DNA from: an uncultured Gemmatimonadaceae bacterium
GTDB lineage: Bacteria; Gemmatimonadota; Gemmatimonadetes; Gemmatimonadales; Gemmatimonadaceae
DNA length: 64,000 nt
Reading direction: 5' to 3'
NCBI GenBank assembly: GCA_963740355.1
Contig: CAVUDW010000003.1
Span: 1 to 64,000, forward strand
The notes under the pieces: generated by a model
Database searches by the model: none
Told to the model about the DNA's origin: nothing
What the model saw: the letters and a program-made list of their open reading frames with translations, nothing else
Program-made: the position numbers and the translations under genes
In this document: positions 9,726 to 19,625 of the stretch, one piece after another
Numbering within the stretch: position 1 is the stretch's first letter
Layout of the letters: every line of letters begins with the position of its first letter

Positions 9726-10948
9726 CAGGCGAGTTCGGAGCCGGCGATGAAGACACGTGCGATCGCGTCGTCACCCAGCGTGTAAGGAAGGTCGCGCCAA
9801 TCGGCGCTACGAAGCACGAGGAAGTCGGCACACATGCCGGGTGCGATGCGCCCGACATCCGACTTGCCCAACGCGGCCGCCGCGTTGGCTGTCGACGCGC
9901 AGAGCGCCTCGGCGGGCGTCAGCGCATTCAGCCGCACCGCAAGCGCCAGCGCGAGGCTCATCGAAAACAGCGGTGACGAGCCGGGATTGCAATCCGTGCC
10001 GACAGCAACCGCAGCGCCGGCGTCGATCAATGCGCGACCCGGTGCCGCCGGCAGCCCGAGATGCAGGGTCACGCCCGGCAGGATTACGCCGACCGTGCCG
10101 CTGGCTGCGAGCGCCGCGACCTGGGCCGGGCCGCTGGCCTCGAGGTGATCGACACTCAACGCACCATGACTGATGGCGAGCTCCGTGCCGCCGATGGCTG
10201 CGAACTGGTCGACATGTGCCTTGCAGCCGAGGCCCGCGTGTCGTGCGGCCCGCAGCAGGAGGTCCGCTTCCTCGACGGTGAAGGCTTCTCGTTCGATGAA
10301 GACGTCAACCGCCGAGGCGAGATCGTCAGCCGCAAGTGCCGGGATCCATTCACGCACAGCGGCGGCGACGAATTCCGCACGTTCGCTCGCCTCGCGCGGC
10401 GGCAAGTGGAACAGCATCGTCGGCGACAGCTGTGCTGGAACGAGCGCCGACATCGCCCGGATAGTATCGAGCTGCCGGCGTTCGTCGGGCCACGCGAGCC
10501 CGTAGCCACTCTTGATCTCGATCGTCGTCGCACCAGCGCGCATCATCCGTCGGACGCGCGCGAGTGCCGCGTCGAGCAGTTCATCGGCCGTGCTGGCGTG
10601 CGTGCAGGCGACGGTGTGTCGAATGCCGCCGCCGGACGCGAGAATCGTTTCATACGCCACGCCACTGGCACGCGCGTCGAAATCAGCGAGACGATCGCCG
10701 CCCCAGACGATATGCGTATGCGGATCGACAAGACCGGGGAGCACTGCGGAGCCACCGGCGTCGATTTCGGTGCCAGCCGTTCCGTGCCAGTCGCGCCGTG
10801 CGCCGCACCAGACCACTCGCCCCGCAGTGATCGCCACGACCGCATCCCTCACGATATCCAGCGTGCGCATCGCGTGACCACGCACCTGACCTGTCCCCGC
10901 AGGCGTGACCAGCTGCGCGATGTTGGTCAGCAGCTGGTCGGCGATCAC
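9725..10948 (-). CDS. hutI: Imidazolonepropionase
   Basis: 'PGLVDPHTH', 'GGGI..TV', 'EIKSGYGL', 'SVDHLE', 'GTDCNPGSSP'. Confidence 0.95.
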   Translation of the reverse strand: MIADQLLTNIAQLVTPAGTGQVRGHAMRTLDIVRDAVVAITAGRVVWCGARRDWHGTAGTEIDAGGSAVLPGLVDPHTHIVWGGDRLADFDARASGVAYETILASGGGIRHTVACTHASTADELLDAALARVRRMMRAGATTIEIKSGYGLAWPDERRQLDTIRAMSALVPAQLSPTMLFHLPPREASERAEFVAAAVREWIPALAADDLASAVDVFIEREAFTVEEADLLLRAARHAGLGCKAHVDQFAAIGGTELAISHGALSVDHLEASGPAQVAALAASGTVGVILPGVTLHLGLPAAPGRALIDAGAAVAVGTDCNPGSSPLFSMSLALALAVRLNALTPAEALCASTANAAAALGKSDVGRIAPGMCADFLVLRSADWRDLPYTLGDDAIARVFIAGSELA

Positions 10949-11850
10949 TGCAGCACCAGGCCCAGTGTCTCGACCAGCAGCCGCGCGACGACGGCCGCAC
11001 TCACACCACTGGAATCCACCGACGGAGTCAACTCCACGCAGTCCACACCGACGATCGTGTTGGCGCTGGCGACTGCCTTGATGATGCTCGCCACCTTTCG
11101 ATAGCTGAGCCCATCGACTTCCGGGCTCGAGGTGCCGCTGAGCACCTCGGGATCGAACACATCGACATCGATCGAGAGGTAGACCGACTTCCCAACCGGA
11201 ATCGAGTCCGGCGGCAGGTTTCCCTCACGGGTGACGCGATCGGCATGGAGCATGGTGTGCCCGCGCGCCTTGGCCGCACTGAGCGCCTCACGATCGCTGC
11301 GCACCCCACGCAGCCCGATGGTGGTGATGTGCGTCAGGTTCGGCATCGCCTCGACGGCACGACGAAACGCACTCGAATTGGACCATTTGGTGCCGTCGCG
11401 CACATCGGAATAGTCGAGATGTGCATCGAGCTGGACGACATGCAGGTCATCGACATCGTCAAAGGCGCGCAGCAGCGGATAGGAGACCGAGTGATCGCCA
11501 CCGAGAAAGAGCGGAAGGCGACATCGCTTGCGCACGGCTCGTGCGGCCGCCTCGATGCGCTCGTGCGCGACCTCAGGTTCGAAGCTGGGCAACTCGACAT
11601 CGCCGACATCGCGCAGCGTTCGGCCGGCCAGGATCGTCTCGTTGGTGTGCCAGTTCCAGAGCCCCTCCGCCGGCACGGCATAACGCAGCGACGCATCACG
11701 AATCGCGCGCGGGGCAGATCGCGCGCCAGGCGGCGGGCTGACGGCGATGTCGAACGGCACACCGAGCACCGCGCTGTCGACCTGCCAATCGGAATCCAGC
11801 GTTGCGAGCGGTGCACGAGCGAAGGTCGAGTTTCCAGCGAAGCTGAGCAT
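10945..11850 (-). CDS. Arginase/agmatinase-family ureohydrolase, probable formimidoylglutamase by position
   Basis: 'LGGDHS', 'QLDAHLD', 'SIDVDVFDP', 'GTSSPE', 'DCVEL'; lies between hutU and hutI with overlapping starts/stops. Confidence 0.85.
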   Translation of the reverse strand: MLSFAGNSTFARAPLATLDSDWQVDSAVLGVPFDIAVSPPPGARSAPRAIRDASLRYAVPAEGLWNWHTNETILAGRTLRDVGDVELPSFEPEVAHERIEAAARAVRKRCRLPLFLGGDHSVSYPLLRAFDDVDDLHVVQLDAHLDYSDVRDGTKWSNSSAFRRAVEAMPNLTHITTIGLRGVRSDREALSAAKARGHTMLHADRVTREGNLPPDSIPVGKSVYLSIDVDVFDPEVLSGTSSPEVDGLSYRKVASIIKAVASANTIVGVDCVELTPSVDSSGVSAAVVARLLVETLGLVLQ

Positions 11851-13526
11851 CAGGGAGTTTGTAGCGACGGCATGTCGACGCCGCGTTCACGCACCACACG
11901 CAGTGCCGTCGGATACCCAGCATCTGCGTGACGAATCACACCCATCGCCGGGTCATTCGTGAGGCAACGACGCAGGCGCTCATCCGCCTCGGCGCTGCCG
12001 TCCGCCACGGCGACGAGACCGGAGTGCTGACTGTACCCCATGCCGACGCCACCACCGTGATGAAAACTCATCCAAGCCGCGCCACTCGCAATGCCTGTGG
12101 CAAAATTCAGCAGCGGCCAGTCACTGACTGCGTCACTGCCGTCGAGCATCGCTTCGGTCTCGCGATAGGGACTGGCCACCGATCCGGCGTCGAGATGATC
12201 GCGACCGATCACGATCGGCGCTGACACGCGGCCGTCACGCACCATCGCATTGAAGAGTCGGCCTGCCTTGTCACGTTGACGGTACCCGAGCCAGCAGATG
12301 CGCGCCGGCAACCCCTGGAACGCGATGCGCTCCCCTGCCCATCCGAGCCACTGCTGGAGTCGTGCGTCCTCCGGGAACAGTTCCTTCATCGCCGCATCGG
12401 TGGCCGCGATATCGGCGGGGTCGCCACTCAACGCGACCCAGCGAAACGGACCACGCCCTTCGCAGAAACTCTCGCGAATGAATGCCGGCACAAAGCCCGG
12501 ATAGCTGAAGGCATCGGCATATCCCGCCAACTGAGCTTGCGTGCGCAGGTTGTTGCCGTAATCGAACGCCACTGCGCCACGCTTCTGCATGGTGACGATC
12601 GCCTCGACGTGCGCGACCATGGCATCGCGTACGCGCGCGAGATACGCATCAGGCGCCACACGGCGGAGCGTCTCCGCATCCTCGTCGGCGGAAAGGATCG
12701 GCAGGTAGCCGATCAGCGGATCGTGAGACGAAGTCTGGTCCGTGACGAGATCGGGCGTGAATCCCTGCGCGACCATCGCCGGCAGCATGGCTGCCGCATT
12801 GCCCAGCACACCGATCGACAAGGCGCGCCGCTCGTGCTTCGCCTTTTCCGCCATTCGAATCGCGTCGTCGAGTGACGCCGCGACCGTGTCGAGATACCGC
12901 GTCTCGAGGCGACGTTGCATGCGTGTCGCATCGATCTCGATGCAGATGCTGACACCGCCCGCGAGTGACACCGCCAAGGGCTGCGCACCACCCATGCCGC
13001 CAAGACCTGCCGTGACGGTGATGGTTCCGGCGAGCGTACCGCCGAAGTGCTGATCAGCGGCGCCTGCGAATGTCTCGTAGGTGCCCTGCAGGATGCCTTG
13101 TGTGCCGATGTAGATCCAACTGCCAGCGGTCATCTGGCCATACATCATCAGGCCGAGCTTGTCGAGGCGATCGAATTCTTCCCACGTCGCCCATCGCGGG
13201 ACGAGGTTCGAGTTGGCGATGAGCACTCGCGGTGCCATTGGATGCGTCTCGAGGACGGCAACCGGCTTGCCGGATTGCACGAGCAACGTTTCGTCGTTGC
13301 CGAGCCGCTCGAGTGTGGCCACGATGGTGTCGTAACTTTTCCAGTCGCGGGCCGCCTTGCCGCGACCACCGTACACAACGAGGTCATCAGGACGCTCGGC
13401 GACCTCAGCATCAAGGTTGTTCATCAGCATCCGCTTTGCGGCTTCCTGAATCCAGCCTTTTGCGGTGCGCTGCGACCCGCGAGCTGCTCGAATGTTCCGT
13501 GTCATGTCAGAAAAGTGAGAAGGCAT
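11850..13526 (-). CDS. hutU: Urocanate hydratase
   Basis: 'MLMNNLD.EVAE.P..LVVYGG.GKAAR', '[23 protein letters not shown]', '[10 protein letters not shown]', 'HHGGGVGMG'; start may be 13505. Confidence 0.97.
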   Translation of the reverse strand: MPSHFSDMTRNIRAARGSQRTAKGWIQEAAKRMLMNNLDAEVAERPDDLVVYGGRGKAARDWKSYDTIVATLERLGNDETLLVQSGKPVAVLETHPMAPRVLIANSNLVPRWATWEEFDRLDKLGLMMYGQMTAGSWIYIGTQGILQGTYETFAGAADQHFGGTLAGTITVTAGLGGMGGAQPLAVSLAGGVSICIEIDATRMQRRLETRYLDTVAASLDDAIRMAEKAKHERRALSIGVLGNAAAMLPAMVAQGFTPDLVTDQTSSHDPLIGYLPILSADEDAETLRRVAPDAYLARVRDAMVAHVEAIVTMQKRGAVAFDYGNNLRTQAQLAGYADAFSYPGFVPAFIRESFCEGRGPFRWVALSGDPADIAATDAAMKELFPEDARLQQWLGWAGERIAFQGLPARICWLGYRQRDKAGRLFNAMVRDGRVSAPIVIGRDHLDAGSVASPYRETEAMLDGSDAVSDWPLLNFATGIASGAAWMSFHHGGGVGMGYSQHSGLVAVADGSAEADERLRRCLTNDPAMGVIRHADAGYPTALRVVRERGVDMPSLQTP

Positions 13527-13553
13527 TTATCCTTGCGCCGCAAGGAAATCCTG

Positions 13554-13573
13554 CACGCTGATATATCACAGTG
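13554..13573. promoter_or_regulatory. Palindromic putative operator between hutU and the GntR gene
   Basis: cac-gc-TGATATATCA-ca-gtg: perfect 10-bp palindrome at 13559-13568 with matching outer cac/gtg, about 30 bp upstream of hutU. Confidence 0.5.
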
Positions 13574-13731
13574 ACAGTCGAATTGCCAGCGGTCCACGGA
13601 GGCGAAACCAATGGCTCGTCACAGCGTTTTCCCTGAGGAAACAGTAACTTCTCCGTGGAATGTCACTCGTTCGCTGTGAGGTGTGAAATTTCGTTCACAT
13701 CACACACATCAATGTTTCATTTTGGGCGCCG

Positions 13732-14382
13732 ATGCCGTTAGCTGAAGCCGCATACATCAAACTGCGGAACATGATCCTGACCGGAGAACTCCCGCCAGGA
13801 ACCGCAATCACCGAGAACTCCATCGTCGATCGATTGGAGATCGGGAAGACTCCCGTTCGCGAAGCGATGCGTCGACTGGTGTTGGAAGGTCTGCTCGAGG
13901 TGACGCCCCGCCTTGGCTATACCGTGACGCCCGTCACGCGCGAAGATGTCGAGAACCTGTTCCAGATTCGCGTCGCGCTCGAAGTTGCCGCAGCCCAGCT
14001 CGCCTGCGAGCGACTCGATGAGGCATCCATCGACCGTCTCGCCGAGTTGAGCCTGGTCGGCTACACCGTGGATGACGAGGAGTCATTGAACGCGTACATC
14101 GGCGTGAACGCGGAATTTCACGACATCATTGGCCTCGCGAGCGGCAACCGCCGTTTAATGGACATGATCGCCAACCTGATGACGGAGAGCCGCCGCTTCA
14201 TCCACATGGCGATCCTGAGCGATGCGCATGGTGAGCGTGTGCGGCTGCAGCATGAAGAGATCGTCGAGGCGTTCCGTCGACGCGACAAGGCTGCCGTCGG
14301 AGTCGCGATGGCAGTGCATGTCGATGATGGTCGCCAGATCGTGCTGGATAGCCTGATCCTGGAGCGCGTCTCAGCGAGCTGA
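13732..14382 (+). CDS. GntR-family transcriptional regulator (FCD effector domain)
   Basis: 'AYIKLRNMILTGELPPG', 'IGKTPVREAMRRL', 'NAEFHDII..ASGNRRL', 'QHEEIVEA', 'MAVHV'; divergent from hut operon. Confidence 0.92.
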   Translation: MPLAEAAYIKLRNMILTGELPPGTAITENSIVDRLEIGKTPVREAMRRLVLEGLLEVTPRLGYTVTPVTREDVENLFQIRVALEVAAAQLACERLDEASIDRLAELSLVGYTVDDEESLNAYIGVNAEFHDIIGLASGNRRLMDMIANLMTESRRFIHMAILSDAHGERVRLQHEEIVEAFRRRDKAAVGVAMAVHVDDGRQIVLDSLILERVSAS

Positions 14383-14524
14383 TCAACATCGCTCGCGGGT
14401 GAGCGGCGTGTGGGGTACCAATTGTTATCTTGGTCGCGTTGGTGACGGGACTGTTCCGTGCACCAGTGGTGCACCGCGGTGAAACCGGCCGCGGTGCGCA
14501 TCTCCCTCATTTCCGCGAATACTC

Positions 14525-15409
14525 ATGAAGTGGGACGACAACGGTCCGAGCAAGGACCTCGAAGACCGGCGCGGTGAAAGTGGCGGCGGCGGCGGTGGTG
14601 GATTCCGGCTCGGCGGCGGACGGCTTGGCATCGGTGGATTCCTCGTCCTGCTGGTGCTGAGTGTCGTCTTCAAGACCGATCTGACTGGCGCGCTCGGTGG
14701 CGGTGGCGGCGGTCCCCTACCCTCGGCCGAACCGGCCAGCGGATCCCCAGCGGCACCAGTGCAAAGCTCGGCCGCCGAAGAGGAACTGAAGAAGTTCCTC
14801 TCCTTCGTCTTGGATGACGCGCAGGCAAACTGGACCCGGGTGTTCGCCGAAGGTGGCGCGCAGTACACACGTGCGCGGCTGGTGCTTTTCCGAGACCAGG
14901 TGAATACGGGTTGCGGCGGCGCTCAATCCGCGTCGGGACCGTTCTACTGCCCAGCCGACCAAAAGGTCTACATCGACCTTGGGTTCTACGACGAGCTTCG
15001 CCGTCGCTTTGGCGCCCCCGGTGACTTCGCCCAGGCGTATGTGCTGGCCCACGAAATCGGGCACCATGTGCAGAACCTGCTGGGCACCGAGCGCAAGATG
15101 CGGCAGCTGCAGCAACAGAACCCGGGTGCGCGCAACGAATTGAGTGTCCGCCTCGAACTACAGGCGGACTGCTACGCAGGCATCTGGGGCAAACATGCCC
15201 AGGACGCTGGTCGTCTCGATGCTGGTGATGTCGAAGAGGCGCTGGGCGCAGCCTCCGCAGTCGGTGACGACCGCATCTCCGAAATGACCGGCAGCTCGAT
15301 CCGCCCGGAGTCGTTCACACACGGTAGCGCGGCGCAGCGCATGACATGGTTCCGTCGCGGCTTCGATACCGGTCGAATGGAATCGTGCGACACGTTCAGC
15401 AGCCGCTGA
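14525..15409 (+). CDS. YpfJ-like neutral zinc metallopeptidase
   Basis: 'LEDRRG', 'GPFYCPADQKVY', 'AHEIGHHVQNLLG', 'ELQADCYAG', 'SFTHGSAAQR'. Confidence 0.92.
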   Translation: MKWDDNGPSKDLEDRRGESGGGGGGGFRLGGGRLGIGGFLVLLVLSVVFKTDLTGALGGGGGGPLPSAEPASGSPAAPVQSSAAEEELKKFLSFVLDDAQANWTRVFAEGGAQYTRARLVLFRDQVNTGCGGAQSASGPFYCPADQKVYIDLGFYDELRRRFGAPGDFAQAYVLAHEIGHHVQNLLGTERKMRQLQQQNPGARNELSVRLELQADCYAGIWGKHAQDAGRLDAGDVEEALGAASAVGDDRISEMTGSSIRPESFTHGSAAQRMTWFRRGFDTGRMESCDTFSSR

Positions 15410-15445
15410 TCGGCTGCTCGAGGCGGACGGGTTACACAAACACCA

Positions 15446-15484
15446 AGACGGCCCGCCGGAGATCTCTCTCCAGGCGGGCCGTCT
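15446..15484. terminator. Hairpin between convergent genes (probable terminator)
   Basis: agacggcccgcc ... ggcgggccgtct 12-bp stem with inner ggaga/tctcc pairing. Confidence 0.65.
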
Positions 15485-15580
15485 CGTTTACTCTGATGCA
15501 TGTCGCTCCTGATTCATGCGGAGCGGTCAGGCTGGCCGCTCCGCGCACGGACGTCTGCGCGGAGCGGAGGATTTCATAGG

Positions 15581-16438
15581 TCAGCCGATGTTGTTGCGAC
15601 GGCGGCGGGCGACCACGAACAGGCCAGCGAGGCCGGTCGCCATCAAGACGTAGGTCGACGGCTCAGGCACGATGCCCGGCTCTGGCGGCGGCGTCACGAT
15701 GACACCATTTCGCACATTCCAGACATAGCGGCCGAGAACGCCGTTGCTGTTGAGCGAGTTGCTGATGAGGGCGTTGGAACCGCCATCGAGGAACGCGCCA
15801 CAGACATTCGAGCCGGCGAGTTCAACCGTGGTGGAACCACCGTTCGCCCAGCCCACACGGGCCGGTGTCCGCGGGAGCGGCGACGCCGGGCAGAGACCGT
15901 TCTCGCCATCGCTGGCTTCGCCGGTGTCCCAGTTCATCGTCAGGTAGTTGAACTCGAAGTCGAAATTGCCGGCGCCGGTGTCCGAGCGATCGACCATGAT
16001 CAGCTGGAACGTGTTGAGCAGGTCGTCGCGCGTGTCGTAGTAGCCGACGTCGAACCAGTTCACCGCGAACGCATTCCGGCCACCGATGAGGCCGGTGCCG
16101 TAATAGGTCAGCTTGCTGTTGGCGGCCCGGGTGTCGACGTCAGCCCAGAACGGTGCCAGGATCGCGAGGTTGCTCCCGGCAATGGGGTCCGGGGTGTACT
16201 GCGAAAGCGCCTGCGTGAACGTGACGTTGCCGTTGTTGTTCACGTACAGGTTGCTCTGCGTCAGGCCGAACAGGTTGAACGTGAATCCTGTGTTGACAAG
16301 GCCAGTCGATCCATCGTCGTTCGCTGGCAGGGCGGTCAGCGTGAAGCCGGCCGTATTGCGGATCGCCTGACCCGACAACGAGGTGGCGACGAGTGCGCCA
16401 AGGACGGCGGCGCGACGTGCGGTAGCGAGTATTTGCAT
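15581..16438 (-). CDS. Nidogen-like (NIDO) domain PEP-CTERM protein
   Basis: Signal peptide from ATG 16438; 'ANDDGST', 'LYVNNNGNVTF', 'APFWADVDTR', 'NTFQLIM'; C-terminal 'VPEPSTYVLMATGLAGLFVVARRRR'. Confidence 0.9.
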   Translation of the reverse strand: MQILATARRAAVLGALVATSLSGQAIRNTAGFTLTALPANDDGSTGLVNTGFTFNLFGLTQSNLYVNNNGNVTFTQALSQYTPDPIAGSNLAILAPFWADVDTRAANSKLTYYGTGLIGGRNAFAVNWFDVGYYDTRDDLLNTFQLIMVDRSDTGAGNFDFEFNYLTMNWDTGEASDGENGLCPASPLPRTPARVGWANGGSTTVELAGSNVCGAFLDGGSNALISNSLNSNGVLGRYVWNVRNGVIVTPPPEPGIVPEPSTYVLMATGLAGLFVVARRRRNNIG

Positions 16439-16781
16439 CGGTCTGCTATTGGGGAGTGGGTCCAAGGCGACGGCATCCTGACGGACAATCCACCAGCGCT
16501 TCACCTTTGCCAGCGCATAAAGCGTGACAGCCAGTTCGGCTCGCACCATCGCTCACACCACACTTTAAGCAGCGGCTGTTATCCGTTGTAAAACAACAAC
16601 TTACGATGCCTTCGATACCCTCGATACACATACATGGGCGGCAGACTCATCTATGCATCGATACCACATGCGTGTCACATCGTCGCATCAGAATATCAGC
16701 TCGGGTGTCGACGCCCGTCGCGAGACGCGATCACGAGAGCCGAGCATCTTTTGGATGCGTCGGTGCGCCTGCGTAGAGATG

Positions 16782-18032
16782 TCAGGCGGCCACGGGCTGC
16801 ATCACCGCGGCGGCGGCGGCATCATCGAACTCGCCTTCCCATCGCGCCATGACGACAGTCGCAAGGCAATTGCCTACCAGGTTCACGCTGGTGCGCGCCA
16901 TGTCCATCACCGCGTCGACGCCGAGGATCAGCGCCACACCTTCCAACGGCAGGTTGAATTGGGTCAGCGCGCCGGAAAGAATGACGAGCGAGGCGCGCGG
17001 CACCGCCGCCACGCCCTTCGACGTCAGCATCAGCGTCAGCATCATCAGCAGCTGAGTACTGATCGGCATGTCGATGTTCGCGGCCTGCGCCACGAAGATG
17101 CTCGCGACTGCGAGGTAGAGCGTGCTGCCGTCGAGGTTGAAGCTGTAGCCCGTCGGCATCACGAAGGCGACGATCCGCTTGGGGACGCCGAGCTTCTCCA
17201 TCGCCTGCATGGCGGTGGGCAGCGCGGCCTCCGAGCTGGCCGTCGAGAAGGCCAGCAGCGCCGACGAACGCACCTGCTTCACGAACGCCGCGAGCGGCAC
17301 CCGGGCCATCAGGGCCACCGGGATCAACACCAGCAGGATGAACACGGCTAGTGCGCCGTAGAGCGTGAGCACGAGCTTGAGCAGCGTCAGGAGGACGGGG
17401 AGCCCTGACTTTCCAACCGTGGCGGCGATCGCACCGGCGATGCCGATCGGTGCGAAGCTCATGACCATCCCGACGAACTTGAACATCACCTGACTCAACG
17501 ACTCGCAGAAGTCGAGCATCACCTGACGGGGATGACCCGGCACCTTCGCCAGCGCGATACCGAAGATGACCGCGAAGAACACGATCTGCAGGACTTCGTT
17601 GTTCGCCGCGGCTTCAAAGAAGCTCTGCGGCACTGTGTGCTCGAGCACGCCAGCGAGTGTCGGTGTCTTGCTGGCCAAGTCCTTCACATCGGTGGCGCTG
17701 GCCGACGCCAGCGAGACCCCGACGCCCGGCTTGAGCGTGTTGACGGCGATCAGGCCAACGGCCAGCGCCAGCGTCGTCACGAGCTCGAAGTAGATGATCG
17801 AGCGCAGTGCCAACCGCCCGACCTTCTTCATGTCGTCCCCGTGCCCGGCGATCCCGATCACGAGCGTGCTGAAGAGCAGCGGCACGATGACCGACTTGAT
17901 CATCCGCAGGAAGATCGTCGACAGCAGCTTGAGGCTCTGCCCGAATTCCGGGAAAAGCCAGCCAATGAGCGTACCGACGATCATCGCCACGATGATCCAC
18001 TGCGTGATCGAAAGCTTCTTCAGGAACGACAT
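16782..18032 (-). CDS. Dicarboxylate/amino acid:cation symporter (DAACS, GltP/DctA-like)
   Basis: 'AFSTASSEAALP', 'PTGYSFNLDGS', 'LTSKGVAAVPRAS', 'MDMARTSVNLVGN'. Confidence 0.93.
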   Translation of the reverse strand: MSFLKKLSITQWIIVAMIVGTLIGWLFPEFGQSLKLLSTIFLRMIKSVIVPLLFSTLVIGIAGHGDDMKKVGRLALRSIIYFELVTTLALAVGLIAVNTLKPGVGVSLASASATDVKDLASKTPTLAGVLEHTVPQSFFEAAANNEVLQIVFFAVIFGIALAKVPGHPRQVMLDFCESLSQVMFKFVGMVMSFAPIGIAGAIAATVGKSGLPVLLTLLKLVLTLYGALAVFILLVLIPVALMARVPLAAFVKQVRSSALLAFSTASSEAALPTAMQAMEKLGVPKRIVAFVMPTGYSFNLDGSTLYLAVASIFVAQAANIDMPISTQLLMMLTLMLTSKGVAAVPRASLVILSGALTQFNLPLEGVALILGVDAVMDMARTSVNLVGNCLATVVMARWEGEFDDAAAAAVMQPVAA

Positions 18033-18052
18033 GCGGTCTCAGTCCGGGGAAA

Positions 18053-19570
18053 TCAGTGCGACGGGCCGTCGAGCTCCGGGCCGCCCGGCGGTGCCTTGCC
18101 GGTGCGGAGAACCGAATTCTTGTAGCCATAGAGGAAATACAACGCGAGCCCGATCACGAGCCAGATGCCGAAGGCCTTCCACGCACTCGATGGCAACCCG
18201 CGCATCACATACAAGCAGGCCAACGCGCCGCCACCAGCCACCGGCCAGACGAATGGCACCTTGAAGGGACGATGCCGATCAGGCTCGCGAATGCGCAGCG
18301 CCAGCACACCGAGGCAGACCAGCATGAACGCCGCCAGCGTGCCGATGTTCGTCAGGTCGTAGGTCGCAGCATCGTCGGCGAGCAGCCCGCCAATCGCAAC
18401 GAAGACACCGGTGATGATCGTGGTGATGTGCGGCGTGCGGTACTTGGGATGAAGCTTGGCGGCGAAGGGCGGCAACAGGCCGTCGCGGGCCATCGCGTAA
18501 AAGATGCGCGGCTGGCCATACTGGAACACGAGCAGCACGGCGGCCATCGACACCACGGCACCAGCCGAGACGATCCAGCTCACGGTGTTGAGCCCGGCCA
18601 GCTGCAGCGCCTTGGCCAACGGATCTGCGCCGAGCAACTGATCGTACCGCACCATGCCGGTCGCCACCGCACCCACGATCACATAGATGACCGTGCAGAT
18701 CGCGAGGCCGATGAGGATGCCACGCGGCAAGTTCCGCTGCGGATCGATGGTCTCTTCGCCGGCCGTACTGACGGCATCGAATCCGATGTAGGCGAAGAAC
18801 ACGATCGCCGCACCCTGATGGATGCCCCGCCAGCCGTTGGGCGCGAACGGGTGGTAGTTCGCGGTATCGATGTGCATGGCGCCGACGATCACGAACAACG
18901 CCAGCACCGCGAGCTTGATCGCCACCATGATCGCATTCGCCCTCGCGCTTTCGCGCGCGCCGCGGCAGAGCAGCCAGGTGATGGCGGCCACAATCAGAAA
19001 TGCCGGAACGTTGATCAGCACCGGAATGCCGGCAATCCGCGGCGCGTCGACCACGATCTGCTGCACTGCCGGAATCGTGCTCTTCATCGCCTGGAAGTAG
19101 CCGTGTGTCAGCCAGCCAGGGATGTGGATGTTGAATCCACTGAGCAGCGAATCGAAGTAGCCACTCCACGCGATCGCGACGGCGACGTTGCCAACGGCGT
19201 ACTCGAGGATCAGGTCCCAGCCGATGATCCAGGCCACCAATTCACCGAGCGTGGCATACGAATACGCATAGGCGCTGCCGGCCGCCGGAATCATCGCCGC
19301 CAACTCGGCATAACACAGCGCGGCCAACCCACAGACGACGCCGAGCAGCACGAAGCTGACGATCAGCGCCGGCCCTGCCCCGTACCGCACGACCGTTCCG
19401 TCCTTCAGGATCTCGCCCGCCGCCGCCGTACCCAGCGACGCGAAAATGCCGGCACCGATCACGGCGCCGATCGACATCAAGACGAGGTCACTCACTCCGA
19501 GCGTGCGCTTCATCCCCGAACTTTCGTTCGCGCCCGCGATCGGCTTGCGCTGCATCAGCGACATAGGCAC
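18053..19570 (-). CDS. APC-family amino acid permease (cationic amino acid transporter-like)
   Basis: 'IGAVIGAGIF', 'CYAELAAMIPAAGSAYAY', 'FFAYIGFDAVST', 'RIFYAMARDGLLP', 'HRPFKVP'. Confidence 0.92.
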   Translation of the reverse strand: MPMSLMQRKPIAGANESSGMKRTLGVSDLVLMSIGAVIGAGIFASLGTAAAGEILKDGTVVRYGAGPALIVSFVLLGVVCGLAALCYAELAAMIPAAGSAYAYSYATLGELVAWIIGWDLILEYAVGNVAVAIAWSGYFDSLLSGFNIHIPGWLTHGYFQAMKSTIPAVQQIVVDAPRIAGIPVLINVPAFLIVAAITWLLCRGARESARANAIMVAIKLAVLALFVIVGAMHIDTANYHPFAPNGWRGIHQGAAIVFFAYIGFDAVSTAGEETIDPQRNLPRGILIGLAICTVIYVIVGAVATGMVRYDQLLGADPLAKALQLAGLNTVSWIVSAGAVVSMAAVLLVFQYGQPRIFYAMARDGLLPPFAAKLHPKYRTPHITTIITGVFVAIGGLLADDAATYDLTNIGTLAAFMLVCLGVLALRIREPDRHRPFKVPFVWPVAGGGALACLYVMRGLPSSAWKAFGIWLVIGLALYFLYGYKNSVLRTGKAPPGGPELDGPSH

Positions 19571-19585
19571 CTGGATTGACGGAAA

Positions 19586-19616
19586 CCGCCGGTGCGCCCT
19601 GAAGGCACACCGGCGG
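19586..19616 (-). terminator. Probable intrinsic terminator after hppA
   Basis: ccgccggtg..gcc / ggc..caccggcgg stem followed by TTT on the minus strand. Confidence 0.55.
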
Positions 19617-19625
19617 CCGGGAAGA

